A DNA stretch of 64,000 nt from positions 4,960,001-5,024,000 of the forward strand of contig JBKAGP010000001.1 of assembly GCA_046290465.1 (NCBI GenBank). The letters run 5' to 3'. Of the stretch, positions 1 to 7,978 are shown piece by piece. The DNA comes from Planctomycetota bacterium. GTDB lineage: Bacteria > Planctomycetota > UBA1135 > UBA2386. The notes below the pieces were generated by a model. That model was given only the letters and a program-made list of their open reading frames with translations, did not search any database and had not been told where the DNA came from. The stretch's first letter is position 1, and each line of letters begins with the position of its first letter. Position numbers and translations under genes: made by a program.

Positions 1-2
1 GC

Positions 3-1022
3 GTGGTCGTGCGGGAGCACGGCGGCTTCGACCGGCTGCTCCACGAAGAACGTGACGTGCCCGAGCCGCAGGCGGGGCAGGTCCGCGTGCGGATGCGCGC
101 GATCGGGCTCAACCACCTCGACACGTGGGTGCGTCGCGGCGTGCCGGGCCACACGTTTCCGCTGCCTCTGGTCTGCAGCAGCGACGGCAGCGGCGTGGTC
201 GACGCGGTCGGGCGCGGCGTGGCCCAGGTGCGGGAAGGCGACGAGGTCGTGGTGCTGCCGGGCGTCTCGTGCGGCGCGTGCGAACCGTGCCAGACGGGCG
301 TCGACCAGCTCTGCCGCCACTACGACATCCTCGGCGAGAGCTGTGACGGCACCGCGATGGAGTTCGTCTGCCTGCCGGTCGCCAACGTCGCGCCGAAGCC
401 CCGCGGGCTCGACATGGCCGAGGCCGCGTCGGTCGGTCTGGTGTTCCAGACCGCCTGGAACATGCTCGTCCGGCGCGCCGAGCTGCGCGCCGGCGAGACG
501 GTGCTGGTGCATGCCGGCCTGTCCGGGGTCGGTTCGGCGGCGGTGCAGATCGCCGCGGCGCTCGGTGCGCAGGTGATCGCGACGGCCGGCGGAGCCGCCA
601 AGTGCCAGCGCGTCGCCGCGCTCGGCGCCCACCACGTGATCGACTACCAGGCGACCGACTTCGCGACCGAGGTGCGCCAACTGACCGGCAAGGCCGGGGT
701 GCAGGTCGTGTTCGAGCACGTCGGCGAGGCGACGTGGTCCGGGTCGATGAAGTGCCTCGCGCGCGGCGGGCGGGTCGTCACCTGCGGTGCGACCACCGGC
801 GGCAACGTGCCGATGTCGCTGCACCAGGTGTTCTTCAAGAGCCTGTCGATCCTCGGCTCGACGATGGGCAGCAAGGGCGACCTGCGGCAGATCCTGCGCA
901 TGTTCGATCAGGGCCGCTTCCGCGCGGTGCTCGACCGTTCGCTGCCGATGGCGGAGGTCGCCGAGGCGCACCGGCTGCTCGAAGCGCGCGAGGCGATGGG
1001 CAAGGTCGTGCTGACGGTCTGA
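3..1022 (+). CDS. MDR-superfamily zinc-binding dehydrogenase / quinone oxidoreductase (probably 5'-truncated by window edge)
   Basis: NHLD..SDGSG N-terminal motifs, structural Zn motif CGACEPCQTGVDQLC, AGLSGVG nucleotide-binding motif, C-terminal GKVVL. Confidence 0.88.
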   Translation: MVVREHGGFDRLLHEERDVPEPQAGQVRVRMRAIGLNHLDTWVRRGVPGHTFPLPLVCSSDGSGVVDAVGRGVAQVREGDEVVVLPGVSCGACEPCQTGVDQLCRHYDILGESCDGTAMEFVCLPVANVAPKPRGLDMAEAASVGLVFQTAWNMLVRRAELRAGETVLVHAGLSGVGSAAVQIAAALGAQVIATAGGAAKCQRVAALGAHHVIDYQATDFATEVRQLTGKAGVQVVFEHVGEATWSGSMKCLARGGRVVTCGATTGGNVPMSLHQVFFKSLSILGSTMGSKGDLRQILRMFDQGRFRAVLDRSLPMAEVAEAHRLLEAREAMGKVVLTV

Positions 1023-1025
1023 GGG

Positions 1026-2645
1026 TCAGCGCGGTGGCACCGTGACGCGTGCGCCCTTGGGCAGCCGCACCGCACATCCCCGCCAGGCCGTGGCGATGCC
1101 GCGCACGTCAGCGTCGGTCGCGCCGATGCCGTACAGGTCGACGTGCGTGAGCGGCAGCGGCTGCAGGGCCTTCAGCACCGCGGAGTCGACCGACTTGCAC
1201 CATACGAGCCGCAGTTCGTGCAGGTTCGGAAGCTGCGCCAGCCGGCGAGCGGCGTCGCGATCGAGCCACTCGGAGGCTTTGAGGTCGAGTTCTTCGAGGA
1301 ACGGCTGCAGCGCGATCGTCGCCACGCAGCGGGCGGTCACGGCGGGCAGGTAGTGGCCGCGCGCGCCGATCGCATCGCGCGAACGGGGGGTGCCGCCGAG
1401 TTTCAGCGTTGTCAGCCGTTTGCCGGCGAGAATCCGGGCGAAGCGCGCGTCGTCGATCGCGGTCAGGCCGCTGATGTCGAGCGACGTCAGCTCTCCGAAT
1501 CGCTGCAGCGCGTCGAGGCCGGCGGCGTCGTAGTGATGGTTGGCGTGCAGCGACAGGCCTTTCAGGTTCGTGGGTAGCGCCTTCAGTATCGCGGTGCTGG
1601 TTCTGGGCAGGTTGCCGAGGTCCACCTTGCGAAGCCGCTTCATCGCAGCCAGCGAGCCCGCCACGTCATCCGTCAGTGAACGGCATCCATGCAGCAGGAG
1701 CGTCTCGATGGGGAGGTCGCGTAGTGCGGCGACGGCTGCGTCGGTGACGCCGACACCGTCCTGAACCGGCTGCTTCTCCTTCGGTTCCTGCCGGCCGCCG
1801 ACGAACAGGTCGTCGAACCCGGCGGCCGTCTGGCCGAGGAAGGCGCCCATGCAACCGCTCAGATCGAGGTGGCGCAGTTCGCTCAGGTTGCGCAGCAGCT
1901 TGACGTCGTCTGCGGACAGCGAGATGCAGGAAGCGAGCTCGAGGCGGCGCAGTCCAGGAAGCCGGGCGACTTCGGCGATGGCGCTGCCGTGGAACTCGCG
2001 GCAGCCCGACAGCACCAGCTCACGCAGCGACGGCAGCGTGCCGAGGCTTTCGACGGCGCTGGTCCTGATGCCGGTGTAGGAAAGGTCGAGATGCTCGAGC
2101 TGCGGGATGGCGCGCAGCTGCCCGAGGGTCTTGCCTCGAACCTGTGAACAGCCGGCCAGCGACAGCCAGCGCAGGTTGCTCAGGTTGCCGAGCTGCGAGA
2201 CGCCGGCGTCGCCGATGCGTACGCTGCGCGTGACCCCTCGCGCGTCCGGCATGCTCTTGCTCAGGTCCAGGTGGGTCAACGTGGTGAACCGGACGAGTCT
2301 GGCTACCGCGTCGTCGTCAAAGTCATAGCCACGAAGGTACTCGACGTCGGCGGGAACCGCGTCCAGCTCTGCGGGGGACTTGCACTCGTGCCACTCGATT
2401 GGCGGGGCTGGATCTGGTGCCGGATCCTGTACCGGGGTCGGGCCGCTGCGACGCGCCTCGTCGTCGTGCAGTGCGACGCCGACGGCGGCGCCGATCGCCA
2501 GCACGACCAGCGCTGCTGCCAGCCAGCGCGGCACGGCGCCGCGTGCCTCGCGGCGAACGACGTGGGGGTGTCGGTCACAGAGCACTTCGTCGAGCAGCCA
2601 GTCCAGCTGGCGTTCGCGGGCGATGTCGAGAGCAGTCGCGGTCAT
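1026..2645 (-). CDS. Single-TM leucine-rich-repeat protein, putative anti-sigma factor
   Basis: ATG at 2645 overlaps the ECF sigma stop (ATGA); short N-terminal domain, TM WLAAALVVLAIGAAVGVAL, then many ~25-aa LxxLxxLxLxxC repeats. Confidence 0.8.
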   Translation of the reverse strand: MTATALDIARERQLDWLLDEVLCDRHPHVVRREARGAVPRWLAAALVVLAIGAAVGVALHDDEARRSGPTPVQDPAPDPAPPIEWHECKSPAELDAVPADVEYLRGYDFDDDAVARLVRFTTLTHLDLSKSMPDARGVTRSVRIGDAGVSQLGNLSNLRWLSLAGCSQVRGKTLGQLRAIPQLEHLDLSYTGIRTSAVESLGTLPSLRELVLSGCREFHGSAIAEVARLPGLRRLELASCISLSADDVKLLRNLSELRHLDLSGCMGAFLGQTAAGFDDLFVGGRQEPKEKQPVQDGVGVTDAAVAALRDLPIETLLLHGCRSLTDDVAGSLAAMKRLRKVDLGNLPRTSTAILKALPTNLKGLSLHANHHYDAAGLDALQRFGELTSLDISGLTAIDDARFARILAGKRLTTLKLGGTPRSRDAIGARGHYLPAVTARCVATIALQPFLEELDLKASEWLDRDAARRLAQLPNLHELRLVWCKSVDSAVLKALQPLPLTHVDLYGIGATDADVRGIATAWRGCAVRLPKGARVTVPPR

Positions 2646-3157
2646 CGGTTCCTCCGTTCGATGCAGTCGCGCAGCGCACGGCGGGCGCGCTGCGCCAGGG
2701 TCTTGACCCCGTTGGGTTTCAGGCCGACGCGATCGGCGACGGCGTGCCAGTCGAGCCCGTCCCGGTAGTGCAGGTCGAGCGCCTGGCGCGAGCGCGGCTG
2801 CAGCTGTTCGAGGCAGCCGCGCAGCCGGTCGACGAGTTCGTCGCCGCCGTCGCGGTCGGCGGTCTCGGCCCACAGCTGGTCGACGGCGGCCGCGACCTCA
2901 CGTTCGCGGCGACGCCGCCACCAGCGCCGCGAACGCAGCCACTGGTTGCGCGCGATGCCGAGCGCGAACGCGCGCACGTCGGCGACGTCCCGCTGTGCGT
3001 CGTGGTGCGCGGCCAGCATGGTCTCCTGCGCCAGGTCGTCCGCCTCGTGGGCGGACGCGCCGAGCGCGCGCAGGTAGCGCCATACGGTCGTGTGCAGATC
3101 CACGGCGGTGCAGGAGGCTTCCGTCGGTTCGATCGCGAGGCTCGTGCCAGGGTTCAC
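2642..3157 (-). CDS. ECF RNA polymerase sigma factor
   Basis: Region 2 VWRYLRALGASAHEADDLAQET...GIARN and region 4 LQPRSRQALDLHYRDGL..VA...GVKTLAQRARRAL; start (GTG 3157) uncertain. Confidence 0.85.
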   Translation of the reverse strand: MNPGTSLAIEPTEASCTAVDLHTTVWRYLRALGASAHEADDLAQETMLAAHHDAQRDVADVRAFALGIARNQWLRSRRWWRRRREREVAAAVDQLWAETADRDGGDELVDRLRGCLEQLQPRSRQALDLHYRDGLDWHAVADRVGLKPNGVKTLAQRARRALRDCIERRNR

Positions 3158-3244
3158 GCGGGGAGGTCGCCGCGGCCGCGCGATGCTATTCGAAAAAGAA
3201 CGGATTCCTGCACGGCGGGGCGGCCCCGCCGACATCAGCCCTGC

Positions 3245-3505
3245 ATGACTGCGATGATGCAATCGTTCCTTCCCTGGATCTTCTGCCTGTTCCTGACGCC
3301 GACGACGGCCGACAGCAACGGCTGTTGCCCGCCCGGCTGCTGCCCGGAACCCTGCTGCGAGGTCTGCGAGCCGGCCTGCTGCGACGAAGGCTGCTGCGAT
3401 GAGGGCTGCTGCGACGCAGGCAGCCGTGACGAAGGCAGCGCCGAGGCCCAGGCCTCGTCGTGCTGCGAGACGGCGACGCCGTGCTGCGGCACGTCGCGCG
3501 ACTGA
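3245..3505 (+). CDS. Small Cys-rich (metallothionein-like) exported protein, 86 aa
   Basis: Hydrophobic N-terminus followed by 8 CC doublets in an acidic background (18 Cys in total); ends 16 nt before the ECF sigma start. Confidence 0.7.
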   Translation: MTAMMQSFLPWIFCLFLTPTTADSNGCCPPGCCPEPCCEVCEPACCDEGCCDEGCCDAGSRDEGSAEAQASSCCETATPCCGTSRD

Positions 3506-3521
3506 GGCGTAGACTGCGCCG

Positions 3522-4043
3522 ATGCGCACCGCGCTCGACCCGGACACGTTCACCCAGGCGTTCGCCCGCAACGGGCGTGCACTGTGGGTGATCGCGTCCG
3601 CGTGGGTCGGGCGCGCCGAGGCCGAGGACCTGGTGCAGGAGGTCGCGCGGGTCGCGTGGGAGCGACGCGCGCAGTTCTGTGACGGGGACGATCCTGGGCC
3701 GTGGTTCGCGACCATTGCGCGGCAGCTCGGCGCCAACTGGCGTCGTCGCCGTCGCCCCGAGGTGCGCGACAACGAGGCCTTGCCCGAAGTGGTCGCGTCG
3801 ACGATCGCGGCCGCGGACTGGCCGTTCGACGCCGATCGCGCGGGACTCTCCGACGAGCTTGCGGCCGCACTGTCGCGGCTGCCGGAGGTCGCGCGCGCGG
3901 CGCTGCTGCTGCACGTCGTGCTCGGCCACGGCTTCGCCGAGATCGCACGCATGCTCGGGACCAACGAGAACACCGCGGCGAGCCACGCCCGCCGCGCACG
4001 ACTGGCGCTGCGAGAGGCGCTGACCCCAGCGAGGGAACGATGA
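3522..4043 (+). CDS. ECF RNA polymerase sigma factor
   Basis: AEAEDLVQEV..AW..W..TIAR region 2; LSRLPEVARAALLLH..G..FAEIARMLG..ENTAASH..RAR region 4. Confidence 0.85.
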   Translation: MRTALDPDTFTQAFARNGRALWVIASAWVGRAEAEDLVQEVARVAWERRAQFCDGDDPGPWFATIARQLGANWRRRRRPEVRDNEALPEVVASTIAAADWPFDADRAGLSDELAAALSRLPEVARAALLLHVVLGHGFAEIARMLGTNENTAASHARRARLALREALTPARER

Positions 4044-4657
4044 GCGAACCAGACGACGACCGGATCGACGACCTGCTGCGCGCCGCGTTCGTGCCGCCGC
4101 CCGACGAGGCGTTCGCCGCGATGGCCGAGTCCGCGCGGCAGGATGCACCCGCGCCGGGCGCGGCGCCGCGGCCGCTGTGGCCGTGGCTGCTGGCGGCCGC
4201 CGCCGTGATGCTGGTCGGCGTGCTGGTGTTCGATGCGCTGCAGCGCCCGGATCGTCCGGACGCCTACCGTCCTGCCGAACTCGGCGCGATGTGGGCCGCG
4301 GCCTACGACCACGCGATCGACACCGGCTTCGGCGGTGGGGGCTGCTGCGAGGCGCCCACCGACCTGGCCCAGCGCTGCCGGGAGGTCTGCGGCCAGGCGC
4401 TGTCGTTCGGCGGCCGTGGCGACGTGCAGCTGCTCGGTTGCTACTGCGGCCTTTCGACGGGCGGTTGCCTCGGGCTGATGCTGCAGGTGGACGGCGCGCC
4501 GATCAGCGTGTTCGTGCTGCGCGCCGACCAGGATCCGCGGCCGGTGCTCGAAGGCCGCGACGAACTGGTGCTGCAGCGGCGCGCGCTCGGCGAACTGGTG
4601 CTCTACTCGATCGGCTACGAACGGCGCGAACAAGCGCTCGCCGGCTTCTCACTGTAG
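4040..4657 (+). CDS. Putative anti-sigma factor with Cys-rich extracytoplasmic domain
   Basis: ATGA overlap with the sigma gene; IDDLLRAAF N-terminus, one TM (WLLAAAAVMLVGVLVF), then CC..C..C..CYC..C domain. Confidence 0.7.
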   Translation: MSEPDDDRIDDLLRAAFVPPPDEAFAAMAESARQDAPAPGAAPRPLWPWLLAAAAVMLVGVLVFDALQRPDRPDAYRPAELGAMWAAAYDHAIDTGFGGGGCCEAPTDLAQRCREVCGQALSFGGRGDVQLLGCYCGLSTGGCLGLMLQVDGAPISVFVLRADQDPRPVLEGRDELVLQRRALGELVLYSIGYERREQALAGFSL

Positions 4658-5272
4658 GTCGGCGAGCAGCAGGTCGTCGATCTGCTGGCTGATGTGCAGG
4701 TAGGCGCGCACCTCGGCGTCGAAGTGCGCGTCCTTGGACCGGGTATCGTCGATGGCCTCGGTGTCGCGTCGTTCGAGCATGCCGTCGGCGTAGAGCGCGA
4801 ACACGGCGCGGGCGCGCCTGGTCGAGTGGCGGCGCATGGCCTCGATCGTGCCCGAGATGAACGACATGATCGCGCCGAGCTGGATCAGTCCGTAGCAGGC
4901 CCGCCAGAGGTTGAACGTGGCCGCGACCGACAGCGCCAGCACCAGCACGACCACCGCCGGCCAGAACGCGCGACGGTAGATCGGGTGCGGCTCGTCGTTC
5001 TGCACCTGGTGCAGGTAGACGGTCGCCGGCAGGCGGCGATACCAGTCGCGCAGCGTGCCGAACAGGCCGCCGGCGCCGCCGATGATGCAGCCGAGGGCGC
5101 CGCCGATCGAGCCGCTGACCTCGCCTGCGCCCTGCGCCCAACCGATCGCGTAGACGACCATGCCGAGGCCGGCGGCGATACAGCCGCCGCTGAGCACGAC
5201 GCCGCCGACCATCAGCCAGCGGGGCATGCAGACGATGCTGCGGAGCGGGATCGGGTTCTCGTTCTTCTTCAC
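4649..5272 (-). CDS. 4-TM membrane protein, probable anti-sigma with C-terminal anti-sigma-like domain
   Basis: GTGA overlap with the upstream ECF sigma; four hydrophobic segments; C-terminal LYADGML-x14-D...AEVR. Confidence 0.6.
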   Translation of the reverse strand: MKKNENPIPLRSIVCMPRWLMVGGVVLSGGCIAAGLGMVVYAIGWAQGAGEVSGSIGGALGCIIGGAGGLFGTLRDWYRRLPATVYLHQVQNDEPHPIYRRAFWPAVVVLVLALSVAATFNLWRACYGLIQLGAIMSFISGTIEAMRRHSTRRARAVFALYADGMLERRDTEAIDDTRSKDAHFDAEVRAYLHISQQIDDLLLADLQ

Positions 5273-5712
5273 GGGGTGAGCCTCTTCTTGAGTTTCTGGA
5301 TGGCGGCGCAGCGGCGCGCGGCAACGGTGCCGAGCGAGCAGCCGAGCACGTTGGCGACCTCGCGGTAGCCGAGGCCCTCGACGGCGGTCAGCAGCAGCGT
5401 CTCGCGTTCGTCGTCGGGCAGCGCGCCGAGCGCGTGCAGCAGATCGCTGTGGTCGCTCGGCTCGGCGGCCGCAGGTTCCGGGTCGACGTTGCTGCGCGGT
5501 GCGCGGCGTCGATGGCGGTCGATGCAGCGGTTGCGCACCAGTCGGAACAGCAGCACCTCGGGGCCGGTCGCGAGGTCGAAGCGGTCCGGTTCGGCCAGCA
5601 GCCTGGCGAACACGTCCTGCACGATCTCCTCGGCATCGTGGCGGTTCTGCAGCAGCTGGGCGGCGAACCGCAACAGCCTGCTGCGCCAGGTGGTGAAGGT
5701 CTCGTCGATCAC
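5269..5712 (-). CDS. ECF RNA polymerase sigma factor (minimal, 147 aa)
   Basis: LLRFAAQLLQNRHDAEEIVQDVF...LFRLVRNRCID; LPDDERETLLL..VEGLGYREVANVLGCSLGTV. Confidence 0.88.
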   Translation of the reverse strand: MIDETFTTWRSRLLRFAAQLLQNRHDAEEIVQDVFARLLAEPDRFDLATGPEVLLFRLVRNRCIDRHRRRAPRSNVDPEPAAAEPSDHSDLLHALGALPDDERETLLLTAVEGLGYREVANVLGCSLGTVAARRCAAIQKLKKRLTP

Positions 5713-5841
5713 GGCAACGGCAACACGACCGGGTCCCGTGCCTGTTCAGAAAATCCGTGGCACGAATCTGCGACCGGGCAGGGGACGCGGGCTAGTAGGG
5801 GATGGTCGCAGACCGCGACCGAGACCCCAAGGAGACGTCCG

Positions 5842-6246
5842 ATGCCTGCCCACTCGTTGCTCACCGGGGCGCTGTGCGCCCTGACCCTGTTGCCGTTCGG
5901 CGAGACCACCTCGCCGCAGCTCGACATCCAGCGGCTCGGCGCCGAGGTCCGGCTGACCGTCGGCGGCCACGACGAGATCTTCGTCGGTGCCTTCCTCGGC
6001 TCGCTCGAGCCGACGCTGCAGCACTACCTGACCGGGTTGCCGCCGCTGCTCGGCGACGCCGTCTACCTCGGCGGCGGCATCGGCTATCCCGACGGCGGTT
6101 TCGTGCTGCCGCTGCAGCCGAGCGCGCTGCCGCCCGACGTGTCGATCTACGTGCAGGGCGTCACGCTGACCGAGGCGGGGATCCAGGCGACCGACGTCGG
6201 CAAGTTCTCGGTGTCCGAGCAGCAGATCGAGCCCGTGGGCAACTGA
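5842..6246 (+). CDS. Small secreted hypothetical protein
   Basis: AAGGAG RBS upstream of ATG 5842; signal peptide; beta-rich body ending LP..P.....IYVQGV. Confidence 0.7.
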   Translation: MPAHSLLTGALCALTLLPFGETTSPQLDIQRLGAEVRLTVGGHDEIFVGAFLGSLEPTLQHYLTGLPPLLGDAVYLGGGIGYPDGGFVLPLQPSALPPDVSIYVQGVTLTEAGIQATDVGKFSVSEQQIEPVGN

Positions 6247-6331
6247 GCTGCGGCTCGGTGGCCGGGCGATCGAAGGGTTGCCGCGGATACCGGTGGCGTC
6301 GCGCCGCCGAATCCGCAAGATGCTTCGCCCG

Positions 6332-7099
6332 ATGACCTCCCGAGTGCTGTCCGAGCGGCGCGGCGATGCCGTGCTCGTCACCCTCAACGCGCCCGAACGG
6401 CGCAACGCGATCGACCAGGAGATGGTCGACGGCCTGCACGCCGTGCTGGACGAACTCCAGCACGACGAGACCGTCGCCGCGATCGTGATCACGGGCGCGG
6501 GCGACAAGGCGTTTGCTGCCGGCGCGGACATCGCGCAGCTGCGCGATCGCACCTCGGCCGATGCGATGAAGGCGATCAACAGCGGCATCTTCAACCGCAT
6601 CGAGGAGTTCGCGACGCCGGTGATCGCGGCGGTCAAGGGCTACGCGCTCGGCGGCGGCTGTGAGCTGGCGATCGCGTGCGACCTGCGGGTGATCGGCGAG
6701 TCGGCCAAGATGGGCCAGCCCGAGGTCAAGCTCGGCATCATCCCGGCCGCCGGCGGCACCTACCGCCTGCCGCGCCTGATCGGGCTCGGCCGCGCGCGCG
6801 AGCTGGTCTACACCGGGCGCATGGTCGACGCCGACGAGGCGCTGCGCATCGGCCTCGCCAACCGGGTCGTGGCCGATGCCGAGGTCGTCGACGCGGCGCT
6901 GGCGATGGCCGACGAGATCGCCAAGAACGGCCGGCTGGCCGTGCGCGGCGCCAAGCGCTCACTCAACGCGCTGTCGCGCCCGGGCCACGAGAACGCGGTG
7001 GTGTTCGAGAGCTCGACGCAGGCGGTGCTGTTCGACAGCGACGACAAGAAGGCGCGCATGACCGCGTTCCTCGACAAGCAGAACCAGAAGAAGGGCTGA
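6332..7099 (+). CDS. Enoyl-CoA hydratase/isomerase (crotonase family)
   Basis: LNAPERRNA, AFAAGADI, GYALGGGCELA, QPEVKLGIIP with both catalytic Glu. Confidence 0.93.
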   Translation: MTSRVLSERRGDAVLVTLNAPERRNAIDQEMVDGLHAVLDELQHDETVAAIVITGAGDKAFAAGADIAQLRDRTSADAMKAINSGIFNRIEEFATPVIAAVKGYALGGGCELAIACDLRVIGESAKMGQPEVKLGIIPAAGGTYRLPRLIGLGRARELVYTGRMVDADEALRIGLANRVVADAEVVDAALAMADEIAKNGRLAVRGAKRSLNALSRPGHENAVVFESSTQAVLFDSDDKKARMTAFLDKQNQKKG

Positions 7100-7105
7100 T
7101 CCAAG

Positions 7106-7966
7106 ATGGCTGACACCAGGTTCCAGAAGGTCGCCGTGCTCGGCGCGGGCACGATGGGCGCGGGCATCGCGCAGGTCTGCGCGCAGGCCGGCTCGACGGT
7201 CGTGCTGTGCGACATCTCCGACGAGTTCGTCACCAAGGGCATGGAGCGCATCCGGGCGTTCCTGCAGAAGGGCGTCGACAAGGGCAAGACCACCGAGGAG
7301 CAGCGCGACCAGACGCTGACGCGGATCTCGACCAGCACCGACCGCGCCGCGGCGTGCCGGGACGTCGACCTCGTCGTCGAGGCGGTGCCCGAGAAGCTCG
7401 ACCTCAAGAACGGCATCTTCCGCGAGCTCGGCGAGGTCGTGTCGGCGGACTGCGTGCTCGCCAGCAACACCTCGTCGCTGTCGCTCGCCAAGGTCTTCGA
7501 CGGCGTGACGGGCCCGGAGCGCTGCATCGGCTGGCACTTCTTCAACCCGGTGCCGATCATGAAGCTGCTCGAGCTGGTGCGCACCGATGCGACTGGCGAA
7601 GACACGATCGCCGCGTCGCAGGACTACGGCCGGCTGCTGGGCAAGGAGCCGATCCTGGTCAAGGACAGCCCCGGCTTCGCCAGCTCGCGCCTCGGCGTGT
7701 GCCTCGGGCTCGAGGCGATCCGCATGCTCGAGGGCGGCGTGGCATCGGCCGAGGACATCGACAAGGCGATGGTGCTCGGCTACGGCCACCCGATGGGGCC
7801 GCTCAAGCTGACCGACCTGGTCGGCCTCGACGTGCGCCTGGCGATCGCCGACTACCTGCGCGACGAGCTCGGTCTCGAGGGCTTCGCCGCGCCGGAGCTG
7901 ATGCGCAGGATGGTCGCCGAGGGCAAGCTCGGCAAGAAGAGCGGCCAGGGCTTCTACACCTGGTAG
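7106..7966 (+). CDS. 3-hydroxyacyl-CoA (3-hydroxybutyryl-CoA) dehydrogenase
   Basis: GAGTMG, VEAVPE, ASNTSS, HFFNPV, PMGP, GKKSGQGFY motifs. Confidence 0.93.
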   Translation: MADTRFQKVAVLGAGTMGAGIAQVCAQAGSTVVLCDISDEFVTKGMERIRAFLQKGVDKGKTTEEQRDQTLTRISTSTDRAAACRDVDLVVEAVPEKLDLKNGIFRELGEVVSADCVLASNTSSLSLAKVFDGVTGPERCIGWHFFNPVPIMKLLELVRTDATGEDTIAASQDYGRLLGKEPILVKDSPGFASSRLGVCLGLEAIRMLEGGVASAEDIDKAMVLGYGHPMGPLKLTDLVGLDVRLAIADYLRDELGLEGFAAPELMRRMVAEGKLGKKSGQGFYTW

Positions 7967-7978
7967 CGCCCCGCTGCG

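Noticed and set aside
3245..3505. Cys-rich peptide as a RiPP (ranthipeptide/lanthipeptide) precursor
   Set aside because: No radical SAM, LanM/LanBC, YcaO or peptidase-transporter gene nearby; the N-terminus looks like an export signal and the context is regulatory.
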